From Pseudomonadota bacterium (GTDB lineage: Bacteria > Pseudomonadota > Alphaproteobacteria > SHVP01): DNA of 64,000 nt. Below are positions 8,894 to 20,299 of this stretch, one piece after another (position 1 is the stretch's first letter; each line of letters opens with the position of its first letter). The position numbers and the translations under genes are program-made. The stretch covers positions 15,272-79,271 of the forward strand of contig JAQBYN010000014.1 in the NCBI GenBank assembly GCA_027622715.1, read 5' to 3'. The notes under the pieces were generated by a model. That model made no database searches. It had not been told where the DNA came from and saw nothing but the letters and a program-made list of their open reading frames with translations.

Positions 8894-10039
8894 ATGCTGA
8901 CTAGAACATTATTATTGATTGCGATTGTCACCGCCGGTGCGTTTTCAAGCGGGTCGATCTTGGCCCAATCAATCGACAGTCCGGCTCGCGAAGCCATTCT
9001 CCTCGATGCTCAAACCGGCGCCGTCCTATTTGAGAAAAATGCCGATGAAATGATGCCGCCGGCCTCGATGAGCAAATTGATGACCCTTTTCATGGTGTTC
9101 GAGCGGCTGCGCGATGGGTCGATCTCCCTCGATGACACCATGCGCGTAAGCGAGGCCGCCTGGCGCATGGGCGGCTCGCGGATGTTTGTTGAGCACAACT
9201 CGCGGGTCACGGTGTCCGACTTGCTTCGTGGCGTTATCGTCCAGTCCGGCAATGACGCGAGCGTCGTGTTTGCTGAAGGGCTTGCCGGAAGCGAAGAAGC
9301 GTTCGCCGAGGAGATGACCCGGCGCGGTCGTGAGATAGGACTGACCCGCTCGGTCTTTCGCAATTCCACAGGCTGGCCAGATCCTGATCACCGCACCACG
9401 GCGCGTGACCTCTCGACTCTGGCGCGGCACATTATCCAGGTGTTTCCGGCGTACTACGAAATCTTCCAGGAAAAGGAATTCACCTACAACAATATCCGGC
9501 AGGGCAACAGAAACCCGCTGCTCTACAAAGATATCGGGGCCGATGGGCTCAAAACCGGCCACACCGAGGAATCCGGATACGGGCTCGTCGCCTCGGCGAC
9601 GCGCAAGGGGCGCCGCCTGATACTCGTGATTAATGGTCTGGAAAGTGTCAATCAGCGTTCGCAAGAAAGCGAACGGTTGCTCGATATTGGATTTCGTGAG
9701 TTCAACAATTTTCCAATGTTCTTGGCCAACGAAGTGGTCGAGGATGCCCAAGTCTGGTTAGGCAGCGAACCAACCGTCTCACTCGTGCTCGAAGAAAGCC
9801 TTTTGTTAACGATGTCGCGCAAGGCGCGGCGCGAGATGAAGGTGACCGTTGTGTACGACAGCCCAATCGCAGCGCCGATCGAAAAAGGTGCGCGCCTGGC
9901 GCAGCTTCGCGTCGAAGGACCCAACATGGAGCCGGTAATCCGCGACCTCGTCGCGGCCGTGGAGGTTGACCGACTTGGCTTCGTCGGACGTCTGGGCGCA
10001 GCAATAAGCCACATCGTCTGGGGCTCTCAGGCTCCTTAA
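8894..10039 (+). CDS. D-alanyl-D-alanine carboxypeptidase (PBP5/6 family, peptidase S11)
   Basis: Signal peptide, SMSKLMT (SxxK), SGND (SxN) and KTGHT (KTG) motifs in canonical order. Confidence 0.85.
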   Translation: MLTRTLLLIAIVTAGAFSSGSILAQSIDSPAREAILLDAQTGAVLFEKNADEMMPPASMSKLMTLFMVFERLRDGSISLDDTMRVSEAAWRMGGSRMFVEHNSRVTVSDLLRGVIVQSGNDASVVFAEGLAGSEEAFAEEMTRRGREIGLTRSVFRNSTGWPDPDHRTTARDLSTLARHIIQVFPAYYEIFQEKEFTYNNIRQGNRNPLLYKDIGADGLKTGHTEESGYGLVASATRKGRRLILVINGLESVNQRSQESERLLDIGFREFNNFPMFLANEVVEDAQVWLGSEPTVSLVLEESLLLTMSRKARREMKVTVVYDSPIAAPIEKGARLAQLRVEGPNMEPVIRDLVAAVEVDRLGFVGRLGAAISHIVWGSQAP

Positions 10040-10047
10040 AGGACTTT

Positions 10048-10677
10048 GTGGCGCACGGTCGATTCATCACATTCGAGGGCGGCGAGGGCGCCGGCAAATC
10101 GACGCAGGTCGAGCGCCTTGGTGAACGCCTGCGCGCCGATGGCCACGACGTCCTGATCACGCGCGAGCCTGGCGGCGCGCCTGGCGCACTAGAAATCCGT
10201 CGCCTTCTGGTGGAGGGCGCGGTTGAGCGGTGGGAGCCGGTCAGCGAGTTGCTTTTGCATAACGCGGCGCGACACGAACACGTCTGCAAGACCATCGCGC
10301 CGGCGTTGGCAGCCGGTGTCTGGGTGGTCTGCGACCGTTTTGCCGATTCAACCGTGGCCTATCAGGGCTATGGCCAAGGTGTCGCGCGCGACACAGTTGC
10401 GCGGATCAATGCGCTCGGGGCGAACGGCGTGTCGCCGGATCTGACCATTATTCTCGACCTTGCGGTTGCCGATGGTCTGGCGCGCGCCGGCGGACGCGCC
10501 GATGTCGAAGACCGCTACGAACGCATGGGCGCCGATTTCCACGAACGCATTCGCGCCGCATTTCTGGATATCGCCCGCGCCGAGCCGGATCGGTGCGCCG
10601 TTATTGCCGCTGCTGGCGATGCGGATCAGATCGCCGCTCAGGTCTGGGATACCGTGCGCACGCGCCTTAGTATCTAA
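10048..10677 (+). CDS. tmk: Thymidylate kinase
   Basis: P-loop FITFEGGEGAGKSTQ and LITREPGG motifs. GTG start. Confidence 0.9.
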   Translation: MAHGRFITFEGGEGAGKSTQVERLGERLRADGHDVLITREPGGAPGALEIRRLLVEGAVERWEPVSELLLHNAARHEHVCKTIAPALAAGVWVVCDRFADSTVAYQGYGQGVARDTVARINALGANGVSPDLTIILDLAVADGLARAGGRADVEDRYERMGADFHERIRAAFLDIARAEPDRCAVIAAAGDADQIAAQVWDTVRTRLSI

Positions 10678-10680
10678 GGC

Positions 10681-11793
10681 ATGTCGGAAACGGACTCCTC
10701 CCCGGAACTACAGCCGCGTTTTAACCCCGAGCTATTGGGTCACGAAGACGCCGAAGCACGGCTGTTGCGATGGTGGCGCAGTGGACGGTTGCCGCATGCC
10801 CTGCTGTTGACCGGACCCCGAGGTATCGGCAAGGCGACTTTGGCCTACCGGCTTGCCCGGTTCGTCCTAGCGCAAGGCCATGACGATGGCGGGGCAACGC
10901 CTTTGCTGGGCGCGGAGGCGACGCCTGACTCGCTTTTTGTGCCGCCGGACGCCCCAGTTTTTCGGCGGGTGGCGCAAGGTTCTCATGCCGATCTGGCGAC
11001 ATTGGAGCGCACCTATGACGAACGCGCAAAGCGCTTGCGGAGCGAGATCGTGGTCGACGAGGTTCGCCGCCTCCGCCCGTTCTTCGGTGCTACGTCGGGT
11101 GAGGGGGGGTGGCGCGTCGCCGTCGTGGATGCGGTCGATGAGGTAAATATCAACGGCGCGAACGCGCTTTTGAAACAGTTGGAGGAACCGCCGCAGCGTG
11201 GCCTGCTGATTTTGGTGGCCCACGCACCCGGCCGCCTTTTGCCGACGATCCGGTCGCGTTGTCAAAACCTCGCACTGCGACCGCTGTCGTCCGATGTCAT
11301 GGCCACTATTCTCGGCGCGCGGCTCCATGATTACACCGACGAAGAACGCCTCGCCTTGTCGGTGCTTGCAGACGGCAGCGTCGGTCGGGCAGTGGAGCTG
11401 GCGGGTCAGGGCGGCCTAGATCTCTACCGAGAGCTCGTCTCGCTCCTCGCGCCGTTGCCTGAGTTGGATGTTGCCGGCGTCCACGCCCTGGGCGACCGCT
11501 TGGCGCGCCGCGGCCAAGAAGCGACCTATCGAACTCTGATCGACCTGCTGCTCGATTGGCTGAGCCGCATGGTCCGGGCCGGCGCCGAAGAAAGGCGGCC
11601 GGTGCAAATCCTTGGCGACGAGCGCAGCGTTATTGACCGTCTGTGGCAGTCCGGGCGACCGATCGCCTGGCTCGACGCATGGGAAAACGTCCGCGATCTC
11701 ACCGCGCGCGGGGATGCTGTCAATCTCGACCGCAAGCAGGTTGTGATCAATATATTCACGACGCTGTCGAACGCCGCCGCCACGGCCCGGTAG
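10681..11793 (+). CDS. holB: DNA polymerase III subunit delta'
   Basis: HALLLTGPRGIGKATLAYRLARFVL AAA+ clamp-loader signature. Position after tmk is typical. Confidence 0.85.
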   Translation: MSETDSSPELQPRFNPELLGHEDAEARLLRWWRSGRLPHALLLTGPRGIGKATLAYRLARFVLAQGHDDGGATPLLGAEATPDSLFVPPDAPVFRRVAQGSHADLATLERTYDERAKRLRSEIVVDEVRRLRPFFGATSGEGGWRVAVVDAVDEVNINGANALLKQLEEPPQRGLLILVAHAPGRLLPTIRSRCQNLALRPLSSDVMATILGARLHDYTDEERLALSVLADGSVGRAVELAGQGGLDLYRELVSLLAPLPELDVAGVHALGDRLARRGQEATYRTLIDLLLDWLSRMVRAGAEERRPVQILGDERSVIDRLWQSGRPIAWLDAWENVRDLTARGDAVNLDRKQVVINIFTTLSNAAATAR

Positions 11794-11882
11794 GTTGACA
11801 CCGTTAGGTCCTTTGGCCATCGTCCGCCGCCATAGCGACGGGTGATCCGCAGCGGCCGGCTCTAGGCCCCAACGCTGCTGGA

Positions 11883-13451
11883 GTGACTTTGATGGCTGCT
11901 GAAAACAAGACATTTTATCTGACGACGGCGATTTCGTATGTCAACGGCGCGCCGCATCTCGGCCACGCCTACGAGGCGATTGCGAGCGATGCACTCGCTC
12001 GCTTCAAGCGCTTGGATGGCTTTGATGTCATGTTCCTCACCGGAACCGACGAATACGGCGAAAAGAATGCCCGGACGGCGGCAAAGGCGGGGATCGACCC
12101 GCAAGCCTTCGTCGACGGCAATACCGCCAAATTCAAAGACATGGCCGGTTACCTCAACATCTCAAACGATGATTTCGTGCGCACCAGCGAACCGCGCCAT
12201 CACCGCGCCTCGCAGGCGATGTGGCAAAAACTCGTCGATGCCGGTGAGATCTATCGTGGCAACTACAGCGGCTGGTATTCGGTCCGCGACGAAGCCTATT
12301 TCACCGAGGACGAACTCACCAAAGGCGAGGGCGGCGCATTACTCGCGCCCTCCGGGGCCGAAGTCGAATGGGTCGAGGAAGACAGCTACTTCTTTCGCCT
12401 CTCCAGTTGGGGCGACCGGTTGCTGCAGCACTTTGATGACCACCCGGATTTCATTCAACCGCAAAGCCGCCGCAACGAAGTCACCAGCTTTGTGAAATCG
12501 GGCCTGCGCGACCTATCGGTCTCGCGCCGGCGATTGACCTGGGGCATTCGCGTGCCGGGCGACGACGATCACGTCATGTATGTCTGGCTTGACGCTCTAA
12601 CCAACTACATCACCGGTGTCGGCTATCCCGACGAGGATTCGGACACGTTCAAACGCTACTGGCCCGCCGATTACCACATCATCGGCAAGGATATTGTGCG
12701 CTTTCACACGGTCTATTGGCCGGCGTTCTTGCTCGCCGCCGGACTGGCGTTGCCAAAGCATGTCTTTTGCCACGGGTTCCTCAATATCGAGGGCCAGAAA
12801 ATGTCGAAATCCCTGGGCAACGTTCTGGCGCCGCAAGACATGATCGGCCGCTACGGCCTCGACCCGATTCGCTACTTCCTCTTGCGCGAGGTGCCGTTTG
12901 GACAGGATGGCAGCTTCTCGCACGAATCGATCGTCAACCGGATCAACAGCGATCTCGCCAACGATCTCGGCAATTTGGCCCAGCGGGTTCTGTCGATGAT
13001 CAACAAGAACTGCGGCGCGGTGGTGCCACAGCACGGCGATCTCGAACCCGCCGATCAGGCGCTTCTCGATTCGGCCGCCTCGCTTCTACCGGCCGTCCGG
13101 CGCATCATCGATACCGATCTTGCGTTCCATAATGCGCTGGCCGAAATCTGGCGTGTCGTCGGCGATGCGAACCGCTACGTCGATGTCCAAGCGCCATGGG
13201 AGCTCAAGAAAAAGAACCCCGACCGCATGGCGACCGTGCTGTACGTTCTGGCCGAAACCGTGCGGCGGTTGGCGATTCTAGTGCAGCCCTACGTGCCGCA
13301 ATCCGCGTCGGCCATGTTGGATCAACTCGTCGTGGCCGCCGGCGACCGCAGTTTTGCCGCGTTGGATGAAGACAAGCGTCTCAAACCGGGTACGCCGCTG
13401 CCGAAGCCAAACGGTGTGTTTCCCCGATTTGTCGATGAGGTCGCGCCGTAA
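11883..13451 (+). CDS. metG: Methionine--tRNA ligase
   Basis: HIGH-type motif PHLGHAYEAI and KMSKS motif (KMSKSLGN). 522 aa. Confidence 0.9.
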   Translation: MTLMAAENKTFYLTTAISYVNGAPHLGHAYEAIASDALARFKRLDGFDVMFLTGTDEYGEKNARTAAKAGIDPQAFVDGNTAKFKDMAGYLNISNDDFVRTSEPRHHRASQAMWQKLVDAGEIYRGNYSGWYSVRDEAYFTEDELTKGEGGALLAPSGAEVEWVEEDSYFFRLSSWGDRLLQHFDDHPDFIQPQSRRNEVTSFVKSGLRDLSVSRRRLTWGIRVPGDDDHVMYVWLDALTNYITGVGYPDEDSDTFKRYWPADYHIIGKDIVRFHTVYWPAFLLAAGLALPKHVFCHGFLNIEGQKMSKSLGNVLAPQDMIGRYGLDPIRYFLLREVPFGQDGSFSHESIVNRINSDLANDLGNLAQRVLSMINKNCGAVVPQHGDLEPADQALLDSAASLLPAVRRIIDTDLAFHNALAEIWRVVGDANRYVDVQAPWELKKKNPDRMATVLYVLAETVRRLAILVQPYVPQSASAMLDQLVVAAGDRSFAALDEDKRLKPGTPLPKPNGVFPRFVDEVAP

Positions 13452-14245
13452 TGCTGGTCGACAGCCACTGCCACCTCGATTTTGACGCGCTAGCCGGCGA
13501 CCGCGACGGAGTATTGGCGCGCGCGCGCGCTGCCGGCGTCGGCGCCATGCTGACCATAGGAACGCACCGCGCGAACCATCAGGCGGTGAGGGAAATCGCC
13601 GAAAGTCAGCCCGATATTTGGTGCTCTGTCGGCATCCACCCGCACGAGGCCGACACTGACTCGCTGCGGGCCGACGAAATCGTCGCCCTCACCAAGCATC
13701 CCAAAGTGGTGGCTATCGGTGAAACGGGCCTCGATTTTTACTACGACCACTCGGACCGCACGCGCCAAGCGGAAAGCTTCAGGGCGCATTGCGTGGCGGG
13801 CCGCGAGACCGGGTTGCCGGTCATCGTCCACACCCGGAACGCGGACGCCGATACGGCCGCCATCCTGCGCGAGGAATCCGGGGCAGGGGCGCTCAAAGGG
13901 GTCATCCACTGTTTCAGCGCGACGCGCGATTTCGCCACGGCCGCACTCGATCTCGGATTTTACATTTCCCTGTCCGGAATCGTGACCTTTAAAAACGCCA
14001 CCGACATCCGGGAAACCGCCAAATCAGTGCCCGCTGACCGGCTGCTCGTCGAAACCGATGCGCCCTATCTTGCGCCCGTGCCAAAGCGTGGCAAAACCAA
14101 CGAACCGGCTTATGTCGCCTACACGGCGGCGGCCGTCGCGGCGCTGCGCGGCATCGATGACGCCGAACTGGCAGCGATCACCACCGCGAACTTCTTCCGG
14201 CTGTTCGATCGCGCGACGCCGCCGGTCGGCAATCCCACCGGCTAA
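13451..14245 (+). CDS. tatD: TatD-family metal-dependent DNase/hydrolase
   Basis: MLVDSHCHLDFD..., GETGLDFYY, VIHCFSA motifs. TAATG overlap with the metG stop. Confidence 0.85.
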   Translation: MLVDSHCHLDFDALAGDRDGVLARARAAGVGAMLTIGTHRANHQAVREIAESQPDIWCSVGIHPHEADTDSLRADEIVALTKHPKVVAIGETGLDFYYDHSDRTRQAESFRAHCVAGRETGLPVIVHTRNADADTAAILREESGAGALKGVIHCFSATRDFATAALDLGFYISLSGIVTFKNATDIRETAKSVPADRLLVETDAPYLAPVPKRGKTNEPAYVAYTAAAVAALRGIDDAELAAITTANFFRLFDRATPPVGNPTG

Positions 14246-14252
14246 CGTAACG

Positions 14253-15011
14253 ATGCAGGCGGTCATCTTGGGGAGCGGTACCGCTGGCGGGACTCCGCGA
14301 ATCGGCAACAACTGGGGCGCCTGCGACCCCGAAGAACCGCGAAACCGACGGCGCCGGGCGTCGATTTTGGTGCGCGACGGCGCGACCCAGATCCTCATCG
14401 ACACGTCGCCAGACTTGCGCCAACAAGCGCTCGACGCCGCGGTTGATCGGCTCGATGCGGTCCTTTTCACCCATGCCCACGCCGATCATGCCCATGGGAT
14501 CGACGACATGCGCTTCTTCGCCCATGGCAACGGTGGCGCTATCGATGCGTGGGCCGACCCGGAAACCCTCGCCCAGCTTCAGGAGCGCTTCAGTTACACC
14601 TTTGAGCAAGACGCCAATCGGCTCTACCCGGCCATTCTCAACGCTCGCCAGATCGTCGGGCCATTTCAGATTGGCGACACCCCGGTTATTCCGTTTCGCC
14701 AAAAACACGGCCCGATTGGCACGCTGGGCTTCAGGGTAGGGCCCATCGCTTATTCAACGGACGTCCAAGAGCTTCCCGAGGCTGCGTTTGCAGCACTTGC
14801 GGGCGTCGATATCTGGATCGTTGATTGCCTCCAGCGAACGGCGCACCCGACGCACGCTCACCTGGATTTAACGTTGGAGTGGATCGAACGGGTCAAACCA
14901 CGGCGCGCGATCCTGACCCACATGAATACCTCGCTGGATTACCGGACTTTGGTCGACGAGCTGCCGGAAGGCGTAGAGCCAGCGTATGACGGGATGGTTT
15001 TGGACGCCTGA
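14253..15011 (+). CDS. MBL-fold metallo-hydrolase (PhnP/GPMB-like)
   Basis: ORF trimmed to internal Met (MQAVILGSGTAGG...). THAHADHAHGIDD is the HxHxDH zinc-binding motif. Confidence 0.75.
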   Translation: MQAVILGSGTAGGTPRIGNNWGACDPEEPRNRRRRASILVRDGATQILIDTSPDLRQQALDAAVDRLDAVLFTHAHADHAHGIDDMRFFAHGNGGAIDAWADPETLAQLQERFSYTFEQDANRLYPAILNARQIVGPFQIGDTPVIPFRQKHGPIGTLGFRVGPIAYSTDVQELPEAAFAALAGVDIWIVDCLQRTAHPTHAHLDLTLEWIERVKPRRAILTHMNTSLDYRTLVDELPEGVEPAYDGMVLDA

Positions 15012-15188
15012 GCGCCTCGGTCCATAATTGAAGCTACAGCTTATTAAAGATGTGTAACCTATGATATTTAATAAGCAATACATATTTGTCATAATATATA
15101 TTATGCGACAATTAGGTATCATGAGGTGTAGCCAGGCCGTCACCCGATCTGTTGTGATCCCTGCCAGCCCCACGCATACTCCCGCGCT

Positions 15189-16004
15189 ATGACGACACTT
15201 TCATCGCTAGACACCGCCTCCGCCATGGACCGTCTCCTCGGAATCATGCGGCAGCTGCGCAGTCCGGACGGCGGTTGCCCGTGGGACATTGAACAGACCT
15301 TCGAGACCATCGCGCCATACACCATCGAGGAAGCCTATGAGGTGCGCGACGCAATCCACAGTGGCGATCGCAACGCGCTAAAGGACGAGCTTGGCGATCT
15401 CCTGTTCCAGGTCGTTTTCCACGCCCAGATGGCCGACGAACAAGACTCATTCAGCTTTGCCGACGTTGCCGAGGCGATCTCGGAGAAAATGATCCGGCGT
15501 CACCCGCACGTCTTCGCTGGCGCCAAAATCGCTAATGCGGCGGCTCAGACCGAGGCTTGGGAAACCCATAAGGCGGCGGAACGCGCCGCAAGTGCCGTCG
15601 GCGACGCGAGCATCCTGGACAACATCCCTGCCGCCCTACCCTCCCTCAAACGCGCCGAGAAGCTGCAAAAACGCGCCGCACGGGTCGGATTCGATTGGCC
15701 GGATATTGCGCCCGTCATAGCAAAAATTGACGAGGAACGGGCCGAATTGGTTGCCGCCGTCGCGACCGGGGATCGGGCCAAGATCGCCGATGAAATGGGC
15801 GACTTGCTGTTTGCGGTCGCCAATTTGTCGCGCCACCTCGATCTCGACCCCGAGGAGTCGCTCCGCTTGACGAACGACAAATTCTTACGCCGTTTCAAAT
15901 ACATAGAGACGTCACTTAAAGGAAAAAATAGAGCCCTAGAAGACTCGTCGCTCGAAGAGATGGAGGCCCTGTGGCAAGCCGCCAAGGGAACCGAACCCAA
16001 ATGA
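15189..16004 (+). CDS. mazG: Nucleoside triphosphate pyrophosphohydrolase MazG
   Basis: Two tandem MazG EExxE motifs (EEAYEVRDAI, ELGDLLFQV; second repeat EERAELVAAV, EMGDLLFAV). Confidence 0.85.
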   Translation: MTTLSSLDTASAMDRLLGIMRQLRSPDGGCPWDIEQTFETIAPYTIEEAYEVRDAIHSGDRNALKDELGDLLFQVVFHAQMADEQDSFSFADVAEAISEKMIRRHPHVFAGAKIANAAAQTEAWETHKAAERAASAVGDASILDNIPAALPSLKRAEKLQKRAARVGFDWPDIAPVIAKIDEERAELVAAVATGDRAKIADEMGDLLFAVANLSRHLDLDPEESLRLTNDKFLRRFKYIETSLKGKNRALEDSSLEEMEALWQAAKGTEPK

Positions 16005-16765
16005 GAGTCGATCTTGCCGGAAAGGTCATTCTTGTCACCGGGGCCACCTCAGGGTTTGGTGACGCAACCGCGCGCCGCCTTCACGCCGCCGGTGCGTTGG
16101 TGATCGCGGCCGGTCGCCGCGCCGACCGACTTGCCGCGCTGGCAGAAGACCTCGGCCCCCGCCTCCACCCGGTCACCCTTGATGTCCGGGACCAGGCGGC
16201 GGTGTTTGCGGCGATTGATGGACTCCCGGCCTCTGTATCGGCCATCTACGGCCTGATCAACAACGCCGGCCTCGCGCTCGGCATGAATTCCGCGGACGAG
16301 GCCGACCTCGACGACTGGAACGACATGGTCGACGCCAACATCAAAGGTCTCATGTACGTCACCCGCGCGGTGCTCCCGGGCATGGTGGCGCGGGGTGCGG
16401 GCCATGTCGTCAACCTCGGCTCGGTTGCGGGCACCTACCCCTACTTCGGCGCCAATGTGTAAGGCGCCTCCAAGGCATTCGTGCACCAGTTCTCGCTCGA
16501 CCTGCGCGCCGACCTGGTTGAAAAGAACATTCGCGTCACGTCGGTCGAGCCTGGGGCCGCCGAAACCGAATTCTCGCTGGTCCGCTTCCACGGCGATGCC
16601 GACAAGGCCAAGGCGACCTACAAGGGGCTCGATCCGATCAGCGCTGACAATGTCGCGGACGTCATCGACTACGTGCTCACCGCGCCCGCCAACATCAATA
16701 TCAACCGGATTGAGATTATGGCAGCGCAGCAAGGGTTCGCTGGTTTCAACTTCGTCCGAAAGTAG
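16001..16765 (+). pseudogene. YdfG-like NADP-dependent short-chain dehydrogenase (SDR) interrupted by an in-frame TAA at the catalytic Tyr codon (16460-16462)
   Basis: Reading frame is continuous across ORFs 15971..16462 and 16481..16765: ...GSVAGTYPYFGANV*GASKAFVHQFSLDLRADL... matches the SDR YxxxK active site (VYGASKAFV), with Y replaced by the stop. N-terminal TGATSGFG Rossmann motif. ATGA overlap with the mazG stop. Confidence 0.6.
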
Positions 16766-16781
16766 GGTCGCGCGGGCGCCG

Positions 16782-17594
16782 CTATGGCGTCTTTGGGAAC
16801 AGCAGCGATCGCAGCGACATCCATGCCTCCTGCGCCGGGGCGAGCAAAATAGGATTGCCCCAAGCAGGCCCTGCGGGCGTGTATGCCGTGCCATCGATAT
16901 GCCGGGCATAGCCGCCCGCCTCGGCATGGAGGAGAACGCTGGCCGCGTGATCCCACGGGTACATCTTGTGAAACAGCGCGAAATCGGACCGACCGGCAGC
17001 CAGGTTGAGGTAGATCTGGACCGCGCAGCGTAACTCTAATGTCGGTGCGATTTGGCCGATGGCCGCGAAGAGCCCCGGCGCGTGCGCCTCATTGGCGAAT
17101 CGAAGATTCAGGCAACCTTGCATCTGCGCCACCGGTTTCGATGCTGCCACCGTCAGCCGAGACCCTGCCAACCACGCGCCACCGCCACATTCCGCGACGG
17201 CCATCTCTTCGGATATAGGGTCGTAGACCCAGGCGTGGGTCGTAACCCCTTTTTGCACCAGCGCGACCAGGATGCCGAACAGGCGAATACCCGCGGCAAA
17301 ATTAGCGGTGCCGTCGATCGGGTCGATCAACCAGACTTGGTCCGCGGTGCCCAGAATGTCTCGCCACACCGGTTCCTCGGTCGCGGTTTCCTCCCCGACG
17401 ACCGCGGCCCCCGGCAGGACCTTCAAAAGACGCTCGGTAAGATAGCGCTCCGACGCGATGTCGGCATCGGTGACGAAGTCGTTGGGCCCTTTGAGCCCGA
17501 TCTCGACGCCCGCGAGGTTCCTGAAAGCGGGCAACACAACGTCACGACCACAGGCTTCAAGGATCGCGGCAACATCAGCAAGATTTGGGTTCAT
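16782..17594 (-). CDS. Inositol monophosphatase family protein (SuhB/HisN-like)
   Basis: FVTDADIASERYL, WLIDPIDGTANF and WVYDPI motifs of the IMPase family. Start at internal Met MNPNLADV. Confidence 0.8.
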   Translation of the reverse strand: MNPNLADVAAILEACGRDVVLPAFRNLAGVEIGLKGPNDFVTDADIASERYLTERLLKVLPGAAVVGEETATEEPVWRDILGTADQVWLIDPIDGTANFAAGIRLFGILVALVQKGVTTHAWVYDPISEEMAVAECGGGAWLAGSRLTVAASKPVAQMQGCLNLRFANEAHAPGLFAAIGQIAPTLELRCAVQIYLNLAAGRSDFALFHKMYPWDHAASVLLHAEAGGYARHIDGTAYTPAGPAWGNPILLAPAQEAWMSLRSLLFPKTP

Positions 17595-17610
17595 GGCCTG
17601 CCCCACGTTC

Positions 17611-17644
17611 AAAGAAAAAGGGCCGCGGTACGGTACCGCGGCCC
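17611..17644 (-). terminator. Rho-independent terminator of groEL
   Basis: Perfect 12-bp inverted repeat GGGCCGCGGTAC-g-GTACCGCGGCCC (17620-17644), followed on the minus strand by UUUUUCUUU (plus-strand aaagaaaaa at 17611-17619). It lies 28 nt past the groEL stop. Confidence 0.65.
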
Positions 17645-17671
17645 TTCGTAACATTTGGCTGAATGCCAGGG

Positions 17672-19519
<1,848 letters not shown>

Positions 19520-19595
19520 TCACTTGACAAGATCGAGTGCTAAATCATTGAAATCATTCTGTAATTGACTTAAGCCGCCGAACCCCCAACATGCT

Positions 19596-19892
19596 GTGAC
19601 AGTGACCACTTTATTGAGGTGCTACATGCCAAGCAGCATTGATCTAGAGTTAAAGGGGTATCGGCTCACTACCGCCGAGATCTTCTACCACCTCCCCGAC
19701 TACCCAGCCCTCCTGCAGACCTTCGTGATCCAGAAGTACGATTTAGCGCCCGGATTCCCGGTAATCTCTGACTTCCTCACCTACTGGGAGAACGAGATTG
19801 AGGCGCGTATCCACTCGGTGCGCCTCGCAAACGTGGATCTCATCGGGGCCGGCGACGTCCGCTACGCCAACGGTCGGTTCACCCTTCACTAG
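19596..19892 (+). CDS. Usg-like small protein (PF06233-like); start possibly the second Met at 19626
   Basis: 98-aa ORF ...LKGYRLTTAEIFYHLPDYPALLQTFVIQKYDLAPGFPVISDFLTYWENEIEARIHSVRLANVDLIGAGDVRYANGRFTLH. It resembles alphaproteobacterial Usg proteins as I remember them (GY.LTTAEI.Y..PD.P.LLQT..WQ.YDLAP.FP.L..FL.FW...L.G.LHSV...H). Composition is unlike a GC-shadow ORF. Opposite strand to the flanking groES and groEL. Confidence 0.5.
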   Translation: MTVTTLLRCYMPSSIDLELKGYRLTTAEIFYHLPDYPALLQTFVIQKYDLAPGFPVISDFLTYWENEIEARIHSVRLANVDLIGAGDVRYANGRFTLH

Positions 19893-19899
19893 TGTCGGG

Positions 19900-20187
19900 T
19901 TAGCCGAGGATCCCCATGATGTCGGACTCTTTCATGATCAAGAGGTCCTCGCCTTCGACTTTGACGTCGGTCCCCGACCATTTGCCGAATAGGACGCGAT
20001 CGCCCTTTTTGACATCCAGCTTAATGACCTTGCCACTCTCGTCGCGACCGCCGGGTCCGACAGCGATGATTTCGCCTTCTTGGGGTTTTTCCTGAACGGT
20101 GTCGGGAATGATGATTCCGCCCTTGGTTTTCTGTTCGGAATCGATCCGTTTGACGATGACGCGATCTTGTAGCGGCCTGATCTTCAT
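19900..20187 (-). CDS. groS: Co-chaperonin GroES (10 kDa)
   Basis: [46 protein letters not shown]... is full-length GroES, 95 aa. Confidence 0.95.
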   Translation of the reverse strand: MKIRPLQDRVIVKRIDSEQKTKGGIIIPDTVQEKPQEGEIIAVGPGGRDESGKVIKLDVKKGDRVLFGKWSGTDVKVEGEDLLIMKESDIMGILG

Positions 20188-20228
20188 CTGGGACTGCCTC
20201 TATGGAGCGGTGGTTGCCTGGAATTAGG

Positions 20229-20255
20229 GTTAGCACTCTCTATCGAGAGTGCTGG
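20229..20255. promoter_or_regulatory. Degenerate CIRCE-like inverted repeat upstream of groES
   Basis: TTAGCACTC-tctatcga-GAGTGCTGG: the left arm is consensus, the spacer is 8 rather than 9 nt, and the right arm ends GG instead of AA. It is equivalently AGCACTCTC-tatc-GAGAGTGCT, a 9-bp perfect IR. It lies about 45 bp upstream of the groES start. Confidence 0.5.
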
Positions 20256-20299
20256 CTTGATAGCGGTTTCAATCCGGCCGAGTCAACCGGGGCATGCGA

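Noticed and set aside
15061-15210. 49-codon ORF (MIFNKQYIFVIIYIMRQ...) inside the AT-rich island
   Set aside because: Codon usage (AT-rich) is incompatible with the rest of the genome and there is no RBS. It is treated as non-coding, but the region is flagged as a finding.
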